Origin: Octopus sinensis
Taxonomy: Eukaryota
Length of the DNA stretch: 64,000 nt
Reading direction: 5' to 3'
NCBI RefSeq assembly: GCF_006345805.1
Contig: NC_043010.1
Span: 39,308,001-39,372,000, forward strand
Positions 54,860 through 64,000 of this stretch are shown here, piece after piece. The position numbers and the translations under genes are program-made. The notes under the pieces were generated by a model, which was given only the letters and a program-made list of their open reading frames with translations, was not told where the DNA came from and did not search any database. Within the stretch, counting starts at the first letter, position 1. Every line of letters starts with the position of its first letter.

Positions 54860-56601
54860 GGTATTGTATTGTATTGGCATCCTTTCTGTCTCGGGAGACA
54901 ATGGAGTTGCGCATGAAGTAGTCTAGTCCGGCTTTTATTTCATGTCCTGATACATTCCTGCTGTGGCTGTGTAGTCCTATCCTGGACAAACACTCCCTCT
55001 GGCAGGTACCGCAAATGTAGCGGAAGACTGTTCCTGGCTGGTTGTAGTGCCATAGTCTCTTGTTTACGTCTCTTCCTTTCTTTCCATTTCTCCTCTCTCT
55101 CTCTCTCTCTGTCACTCTTTTGTATTCCCTCTTTTACTGTACGTCGCCATTCTCCACGGTTGCCGGCAACTGCCTCCCAACCGCTAATATTGATGTTGCA
55201 GGCCTTCATATCCATTTTGCAAACATCCTTGTAACGTAAGATCGGTCTACCCACAGACCTAGTACCCCTAGCAAGCTCTCCGTAGAGTATGTCCTTGGGG
55301 ATTCTGCCATCTTTTATACGGCTAACATGCCCAAGCCACCTCATACGTCTTTGTGTGAGGAGTGCAAACATGCTCGGTATTCCTGCTTGCCTGAGGACAT
55401 CTTTGTTGGGGATATGATTCTGCCATTTGATGCGGAGGATTTTTCGGAGGCAGCGCAGGTGAAAGATGTTTTAGGTAACGCTCTTGGCGTGTGTATAGCG
55501 TCCAGGTCTCGCTTCCATACAATAGAGTGCTGAGTACACATGCCTGGTAGATCTTCATTTTCGTGGTCTTGGTCAGCTTATTGTTGTCCCAAGCCCGTTT
55601 GGAGAGTTGGGCCATCGCAGCAGCTGCCTTGCCAATGCGTATATTGAGCTCAGCGTCAAGGGATAGGTTGTAGGTGACGGTAGAGCCCAGATAGGTAAAC
55701 TTCTCCACCTCTTGTAATCTGTGGTCTCCAATATGTATGTTTGGGATGTCCGATGTAGCCTGGCCCATGATGTTGGTCTTCTTAAGGCTGATAGCTAAGC
55801 CAAAGTCGTTACATGCTTGCTCAAAACAGTTAATGAGCCTTTGGAGGGCTTCTTCTGTGTGTGTTACCAGAGCGGCATCATCAGCAAATAACATCTCCTT
55901 GATCAGGACGTTTCTGATTTTGGTCTTGGCACGCAGGCGCGAGAGATTGAACAGCTTCCCGTCACTTCTACTGTGCAGAAACACTCCATCATCTGATGTC
56001 TGAAAGGCATGTGAAAGTAAGAGCGAGAAGAAGATGCCAAACAATGTAGGAGCGAGGACACAGCCTTGCTTTACCCCGTTTTTTATTTGGAAGGCGGCTG
56101 ATGTTGAACCGTTGTGCCGTATGGTGCCTTGCATGTCATCATGGAAAGACTTGATGATCCTCAGCAGCTTTGGTGGACATCCGATTTTTTGGAGCAGGAT
56201 GAAGAGGCCTGTTTTGCTTACCGAGTCAAAATCCTTTGTTAGATCAATGAAGGCCATATATAATGGCATTTTCTGCTCTCTGGACTTCTCCTGAAGTTGG
56301 CGTATGGAGAATATCATATCGATAGTTGATCTGCTTCTTCTAAAGCCACACTGCGATTCCGGATAGATTCGAGAAGCAAGTAGTTGTAGCCAGGGTAACG
56401 CGGGCAAAGGTCTTTCCAACAGTGCTTAGAAGGGATATACCACGGTAATTGTTACAATCACCACGGTCACCTTTGTTTTTGTAAAGCGTAATGATGTTGG
56501 CATCCTGCATATCCTGAGGGACTGTACCCTCTTCCCAGCACTGGCACAGAAGCTCATGAAGGTGCCGAAGAAGGATGGTGTTTTTTCCGGCTTTGATGAT
56601 C
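54860..56601 (-). mobile_element. 5'-truncated RTE-clade LINE (RT and C-terminal Zn finger), frameshifted
   Basis: RT motifs YPESQCGFR, FIDL.K.FDSV, GVKQGCVLAPTLF, LFADD and FTYLGS; upstream GDRGDCNNYRGISLL; downstream RRMRWLGHV and CGTCQRECLSRIGLHSH. (CAATA)n tail. TSD tctatg(g/a)taaaaat at 54846-54859 and 56602-56615. Confidence 0.95.
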
Positions 56602-56712
56602 TCTATGATAAAAATATACAGATAAATTTCCTCTATTTACATAATTTTGAGGTCTCTTTCTTTTGTTATCTTACCGTTTTTACCAATATATATATATATT
56701 ATATATATATAT

Positions 56713-56757
<45 letters not shown>

Positions 56758-57016
56758 CATACATATATTTATGCATATATATATATACAAATGTGAAGAG
56801 TTAAAAGATTTACTTTGCATTAAGTTTTGGAAAAACGTATGCTGAAATATATTTCATAACCAGTTATGTGTGTATGGGTTCAGTTTTGCCAAATGTTTCA
56901 GCCATTTCCTTGTGTGAGACTTGAAGGACATGCTGACCGTGTAAAATCTGCTGGATAGGATATCGACGCATACATTACATAAATATGTGCATACATAGAT
57001 ATATAATACTACGTTC

Positions 57017-57049
<33 letters not shown>

Positions 57050-57697
57050 TACACATATAATGTGTGGGGATATGTGATTGTATAATTGTATGAATGAGTA
57101 TTTCTCCAGGGTTCCGTGAATATAGAAATCTGTCAATATTTTTCTTGATAACGGCGAATTCTTTTGCATTCTTGTTTAGGAAAAGTCGAAAAAAGTATCG
57201 TTATGCACAACAATCAAGCTGTAATACTTTGTTGTCGTTTAACATTAACGTATAATAGATATGCAAGTGTTATTGCTAAGAGTATGGAAACGACGTATAG
57301 CCTTATATCTGAAGAAATGCTACCGTTTGTCATTAGGTGCATATATATCTCTCGGTGATGCGTTTTATTTCGTTTTTGCTACGGAATTTACATTGAAATG
57401 GTAATCTGAACAGAGAAGTCAACTTCGATTATGACATAATTGTGGATAAAGATAAATGCTTTCTATAGATCGTGCTCAATTACGAGCAGTTAACAGCTAT
57501 TAGTGTCCTATCAGCTTTATATTTATAATTCAAATTACAATTTAGCAGAAGCTAAGTAGAGCTAATAATTCCTTTTTATTATTTCAGTTAGTTTGGTTTT
57601 GAGGAAGTGACAGTACTCTAGGCTTTTCAAGACCCTATTACACCAGTGAAGTTGATTTGGTTAACATCCCCACTGATTTGTTAATATTCGATCGATA

Positions 57698-57920
57698 AAA
57701 AAAATTAATTAGATGCGCCTTTTTAAAGCCTAGCTAGGCTCATCGGCCTTTTTTCCCGGTTCCAATGGCGTATGTGTTCCCCAGCTGGTCGCGACGTTAC
57801 TCAGCAACGTGAACTGAAGTGTTTTGCGCAAGAACACAACGCGTCGCCCGGTCCAGGAATCGAAACCACAATCTTACAATCATGATACTGACACCCTAAC
57901 CACTAAGCCACGCGCCTCCA
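57698..57920 (-). mobile_element. tRNA-derived SINE family D with a 16-bp TSD
   Basis: Head ggaggcgcgtggcttagtggttaggg...ggtttcgattcctggacc; TSD taatattcgatcgata at 57682-57697 and 57921-57936. Confidence 0.9.
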
Positions 57921-57961
57921 TAATATTCGATCGATATACAATAATAAAAGCAACAATTGTT

Positions 57962-58380
57962 TCAAAATTTGGCAAGAGGTAAGCAATTAAATAGGTGGAG
58001 TCTGAGTCGATTGCATTGACATCAGGAATCAAATGGTACTGGTTTTATCGACCCGAAAAAGATGGAAACCAACATCTACTGAATTTGAACTCAGCACTTA
58101 AATAGCTGAAATAAAAGCTGCAAAGCATTTTGTCCGATGTGCTAACGATTCTGCCACCTCATCGCCTTAACAACAACAATAATTGCAATATTTCTTACCT
58201 CCTACTACAGGCACAGGGCCTAGAGATTTGAAGATGCAGGCTAGTAGATGACATCGACCCGAGTTATCATCTGGTTCGTATTTCATCGAATCCGAACGGA
58301 TGAAATGAAAGAGCACAACAAAAAAGAAATGCCCCTCAGGGTTTTGCCCACGCGCTAAAGGTTCTACTAGCTCACTAGCA
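57962..58380 (-). mobile_element. Two tandem old MetaSINE-like copies
   Basis: ggtactggttttatcgacccgaaaaagatg...gaatttgaactcag...gctaacgattctgcca..tcgcctt, then a second diverged copy from ~58195. Confidence 0.65.
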
Positions 58381-58399
58381 TAAACAATAACAATTACAA

Positions 58400-58612
58400 C
58401 AGCAACAGACAAATGGATGAAACTGCTTGGTCTCTTACGGACAGCAAGGATCATCAAGAGGGTTCTAAGCACTTTAAAAAATGCTGAAAACTTGTGGATA
58501 CCTAACGTTACAGGTAGTAAGCCACTACCTACATAATTTCTGTCAGGAATAAGACCGAACCGGAGCCGGAGCAAAAAAAAAAATAAATAAAATAAAATAA
58601 AATAATAATAAT
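58400..58612 (+). mobile_element. Probable R4/Dong-like 3' end
   Basis: LLRTARIIKRVLST resembles the R4 C-terminus; ends in an A/TAA-rich tail. Confidence 0.45.
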
Positions 58613-58619
58613 ATTTTCA

Positions 58620-59010
58620 TTCTTTTCTTTTATCTGTTCCATGACTGCGGCCATGCTGGAGCACCGCCTTTAGTCGAGTAAATCGATCCCAGGACTTATT
58701 CTTCGTAAGCGTAATGCTCATTCTATCGGCCTCTTTTTTCGAAACGCTAAGTTACGAGGACGTAAACACACCAGCATCGGTTGTCAAGCGATTTGGGCGG
58801 GACAAACACTGACAGACACACATACACACCATCGCGCACACATACACATATATATATATATATTCGACGGGCTTCTTTCAGCTTCCATCTACCAAATCCG
58901 CTCACAAGGCTTTCGTTGGCCTGTGGCTATAGCAGAAGACACTTGTCCAAGGTTCCACGCAGTGGGACTGGAACCGGAACCATGTTGTTAGTAACCAAGC
59001 TACCTACCAC
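58620..59010 (-). mobile_element. SINE family A
   Basis: Matches the consensus. Confidence 0.88.
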
Positions 59011-59349
59011 AAAGTTACTCGGCACAACATGTGCAATTTTGAAGCGAGTAACCAAATGAATCCCAAATCCTAAGTGGTACTATATTTCATCCAGCTAGAG
59101 GTGGGATTTAAACTCAGAATGTAAGAGACAAAACAAATGAGGCTAATCCTTTTGTCAGCCAAAGTAAAGATGTTGATATCCCACCGTCTTTACAATTGTT
59201 TCCACTATAATCACGAAGCCTGATGTCGACTCCAATGCTCGACTCGTAATTTTTTTTATTGACCCCGAAAAGATAAAAGACAAAACCACCTAAGAGGATA
59301 TTTGACACCGGCGCCATTTGAAATCAAATCGCAAGAAATTGAAACAAAT

Positions 59350-59692
59350 TTACTCTCTTACTTGTTTCAATCATTTGACAGCGGCCATGCTGGAGCACCA
59401 CCTTTAGTCGAGCAAATCGACCCCAGATCTTATTCTTTGTAAGCCTAGTACTTATTCTATCGGCCACTTTTGCCGAACCGTTAAGTTACGGGGACGGAAA
59501 CACACCAGCATCGGTTGTCAAGCGATGTTGGGGGTGATAAACACAGACACATAAACGCACACATATATACGATGGGTTTTTTTCAGTTTCTGTCTACCAA
59601 ATCCACTCACAAGGCTTTGGTCGGCCCGAGGCTATAGTAGAAGACACTTGCCCAAGTTGCCACGCAAGCTACTTACCACACAGCCACTCCTG
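59350..59692 (-). mobile_element. SINE family A with the B-box region deleted
   Basis: Matches the consensus. Confidence 0.88.
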
Positions 59693-61121
59693 TCCGAAAA
59701 TTTAGTGACTCTACTGATTCATCACTTTGAGAATTTGAGAGACTTAATATTTTCATGGTCTTCAGTAATTTTCAGCTAGAAGAAGCTGGATAATCTTCGT
59801 TGTGTAGTCATAACAATAATGAAAGCTTACTTTTATTAGCAGATATCCTCAGATATCATAAAGTTTAACATTTGAATGGACGTTAAAGATTCGAATGTGT
59901 GATATTGCTGTTTATAGATGACCTACAAGTGTGTCTAGATATGGCGTAATCTGATAATAGTCATACATAGACCATCTCTTTTCTTCAGTCGGTATATCTA
60001 TGACTACATTATCCTGATGGCTCAAATTCAAGGTAATTAAGTATTATTAAATAAATTAGATGTTGCACCTGTTGCGATGATGATTATTCTGGTGGTTCAG
60101 TCAACAGCAAGTCTTAGTTATTTTGCTACAGTGTACGTAGGTGACCAATATTCAATCATTTTAGCACTTACCGAAATCGTTAGCTTGACAAGGTCTGCTA
60201 CAAGTTGGAAGTGTTTCAAATACTGTTATTATCTTTCTAACATTTTCTCATTTTCTCTAACACTATGCTTCTGATTCAATGGCAATAAAGAAATATATCC
60301 AAATATATAGCTTAAATATTCTCTTTATCTGTAGCACCATATAATGTAACCAAGAGAGAAATAAAATATAGATCACTCTGTTTCTGTGTCTATGCACGAC
60401 CTATCAAATATAGTAGCCAAATGCCTCTAAAATCTTTCATCATGCCAATGATAACAATGGTGTGTTGAAAAATGTTTGTCTTCGATGAACTACGATGGTG
60501 ATAAGGAATGGAAGGGCTTTCATTATAGTAATTCAATATCAAGTGTAAACTCAGGTGAACCCCCAGAAAATTAAGGAAAGGGCCATCATATCAAATTTCA
60601 TTGGATTATGAAGTCAGAAGTACATTTCTCCTGGAAACAGTAGCCCTGGTTAAGATTACTTTGATCACATATTTGTGCAAGCTGAGCCAATATGAAAAAA
60701 AAGACAACAACAGTAACAAAAGCATGTAATACTATTATACAGCAGAACAGATACATTATTGCATTATTTATTTCGTTGTCATTTATATATCCTATTTGAT
60801 ATGCAGTAGAACAAACTATTTAACAGCTTGGTGCCATTTGTGACAGGAAAAACTGACAGTTATCGCGGAATAATACTGCTCTCCAGTAATCTAAATTATG
60901 AAGTCCAGTGAAGTTTAAATGCCAGATAGACATAGCCAATTCCATATTAATGTATTCGGTAGGTTATTGTCTATTGTCAGGTTCTTGGGTTTGGAAGTGA
61001 GACAAACTAATATAATTATAACTGACTGGCTTTAACCCCTGTAGAAATAAGGTTTAATACATAAGATATAGACACACAAACATAACGTCCATGCCTCTCT
61101 CCCTCTCTCAAATTATTTATT

Positions 61122-61187
<66 letters not shown>

Positions 61188-61894
61188 TATATATATAACA
61201 ATTAATAAGTGGAATGACCACTAAAGTGGATTCCTTTACGCTAGAGACAGACGTCAAATCGCCTTGCCACAAAGCCTATTCTCAAGAAACAAAAAAAAAA
61301 GCAAATAACAATATTTAAAAAATAAGCAAGGCAAATGAAAATTTACAAAATAAAACGATTACCTACGTATCATGATTTCATTATTAATACCAGAAAAATG
61401 CAAAATGCAAGTATCTGTAAATCTTCAGCGCAGTCTGTCATATCTTAAAACATATTTCACAGAACTATACACAGAAATGTTTTCCCGAAAGAAAACTCAT
61501 GTACAGTTCTATAAAATATATTTCTGGTATTTTTCAAATGTCTTCATTTTTGCGCGCAAGTGCTGTAAATAACCCTGCAGATAACAAATTGCCGCAGTTA
61601 ATTTACCGGTTTCAGAACATTGCCATTTTAAATTTAAAAGATGAGGATAGAAATTGATATCAATCAATTTAAACATCAATTTAAACCTGTGGTCTATGCT
61701 AGGGTTATTTTTTAGCATAAAAAAAAAACGTTGAACACATTGAGAAACGAAAACATAAAACAAAATCATAGAAAACGAACTTTTTTCCGAACAACGTAAA
61801 AAGCAGAGAAACGAGATATGAAACATAAAGAATATTTTCCCTTCATCAGTTGTCCCTGTTTCATCTACTCAGCGTATATATATATATATATATA

Positions 61895-62113
61895 TAACGG
61901 GAAAGTTTACGAAAATAAACAAAAGGCGAAGGCAGGTGGAGTAAAAACAAACAAATGTATTAGTACAGCGCTCAGGAATAGAAATAGAAAAAGTCTTTTA
62001 CGTTTTGAGCCTACGCTCTTCGACAGAAAGATACACAGAAAAAAAACGAGGAGAGAAACAAAGAGAGAAAAAAATGCGTGTAGGAGCTAACGATCTATCA
62101 TGGCGTCCTGACT
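61895..62113 (-). mobile_element. PLE pLTR-like fragment between (TA)n tracts, with a degenerate minimal hammerhead
   Basis: Minus strand 61994-62031 reads tcttt-CTGTCGA-a-gagc gtag gctc-AAAA-cg-TA-aaaga. Confidence 0.6.
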
Positions 62114-62155
<42 letters not shown>

Positions 62156-62809
62156 CATTTTTTTCTCTCGTTCTTTGCGTATTTAACACATTTGTTTTCG
62201 CATTTCATGTTGCTTACTGTTGCTGACGTCCTGTATCTATATATGCAAATACATGTGCGTGTGTATGAATTTGTGTGTGTGTATGCGTGTGTGCGTGTGT
62301 GTAGTTTCCTTTACCGCAAGTTTAACTGTACTTTTCTTTCCTTGTAAATATGTCACGAATTACTTGGCCGATCAAACCGATTACAATCTCTCGGAGTTAA
62401 TATGCCAGTATAAGCATCGTCAAGAGATTGAAGGTACTAAAGCATGCAAAAAAGAAATAATTATATATTTATTCTCTTGTGCATCATTTATAATTCTATG
62501 AGAATCGCAATTTTTGCGGTCATTCATGAACTTTGCACTCTCTACCAGTTTAGATTTTACAAGTGACTTTTAATCAATAATTTCTTTATATCGACACCAA
62601 AACTATAATTTCTTTTCCACAGGGATAGTATTTGCTAGTCTACATATATATAGATCACTTGAAGTGCAGATGTTCCTTTCAACTTTAAAGTACCCCTGGA
62701 AAACAAATAAGGACACTATGAGTTCGTTTGATTTTATAGAAATATCTGATATTTTTTCGCTTAGAAAACATCGTATTTTGAGAAATGATTATATCTGAAT
62801 TTCAGTGCA

Positions 62810-63220
62810 AGATTTAAGGAATCGAGGTTAGTTTATAATAGTAACCCCACTTGCTACCTGGTTAGTATTTTATGTTATCGACATCGGGGGAATGAAAGGC
62901 AAATTTGGAAGAATTTGAACTAAGAAGATAAAAGGAAGAGGGACATACTGCAAAGCAAATTTTCCGATTCGTTAATATGTCTATCAGTTCTCTTGAATTT
63001 AGTGTCGGAAAAAAAATGGTTTCAGATTTTGGCACAAGGCCAGAAATTTATAGGTGACGGGGTAGGTCGATTACATCGAACCTCGTGCTAATATTATCGA
63101 ACCTGAAAGGATGAAGAGTAAAATCGACCTCCGTAGATTTGGAACTCGGAACAAAATGAGTCGATAGACATACCACGAGTCATTTTCCGGCTCGATAGAA
63201 TTCGTAACAGCTCGCCCCAT
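62810..63220 (-). mobile_element. Two old MetaSINE-like copies
   Basis: ttatcga....aaaggatgaa..g.aaa.tcgacct...g..tttg.actc motifs occur twice. Confidence 0.6.
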
Positions 63221-63683
63221 TTTGTCTCTGAAATGATAAGCTACACGAAAGACAGTGAGAGAAAGAGAGAGAGAGAGAGAGAGTGTGGGGGAGAGAGAGA
63301 TTTATATCCATATTGTTTGAAAGTATGCAGGATAATCATTCATTCCTGGATCGTAAGTTTGGTTGAGCAGAATTAGTCTCGGCGCAAAGAGCTACTGCAT
63401 ATGTGATGGATTGATGTGGGATTATAGTTGCAATAACTGCATCACCGAACCATTAGACTGAAACTGCTGGTGACAACAATGTTAGCACTACTGACAATTA
63501 AAGATCAAACACCGTCCCATAGGCTAGAAATGGTAGCAACATGGTACTACAACTGTTACTTAGCGTAGATATACAATCGAATACATTACACATTATAGCG
63601 AGAGCTGTACAGGTCTTGAACAAATGTGGTTGGAGTATAAGCCATCGTAAGGAAAGCTTGTAATGGCTGACACTTTTCGAAAA

Positions 63684-63699
63684 TAACAACAACAACAAC

Positions 63700-63743
<44 letters not shown>

Positions 63744-63751
63744 TAATAATA

Positions 63752-63820
<69 letters not shown>

Positions 63821-63840
63821 TAATAATAATAATAATGATG

Positions 63841-63901
<61 letters not shown>

Positions 63902-63962
63902 TGATGAGGATATGATGATGATGATATTAATAATAATAATGACGACGACGACGATGATGATA
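63684..63962. repeat. (CAA)n/(TAA)n/(TGA)n microsatellite
   Basis: Seen directly. Confidence 0.95.
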
Positions 63963-64000
63963 AAGGCTGCGAATATCATTCAAGCAATAAATACAGGGAC

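Noticed and set aside
54597-55115. 172-aa ORF with a Zn finger plus YRLKYLN heptads
   Set aside because: Chance read-through from the frameshifted RTE end into the 21-bp minisatellite.
61840-61875. Hammerhead at minus-strand CTGATGA
   Set aside because: No correctly placed stem II-GAAA-stem III could be drawn.

Overview
AT-rich, microsatellite-dense animal DNA. The SINE, LINE and Penelope content points to a coleoid cephalopod, probably Octopus (inference). I found no intact protein-coding gene, and most ORFs in the track are microsatellite artefacts. Repeats: about 12 copies of one tRNA-derived SINE with an internal (TA)n/(TG)n tract; many MetaSINE-like copies; a young 5'-truncated RTE LINE with a TSD; R4/Dong, CR1 and Tx1-like fragments; a Tc1 element with DD36E spacing; mariner, pogo and hAT remnants; and several Penelope-like element (PLE) remnants embedded in (TA)n. 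Two signals stand out. (1) The unique DNA between the repeats, translated by hand across frameshifts and stops, gives collinear ionotropic glutamate receptor (iGluR/NMDA/IR-type) motifs (ATD-S1-M1-M2-M3-S2-M4) at least four times, all on the + strand. This looks like a decayed tandem array of divergent iGluR-family genes. (2) The PLE-derived fold-back elements carry minimal hammerhead ribozyme motifs with canonical and variant cores. All protein and RNA assignments are by-eye motif matches and need HMM or covariance-model confirmation.
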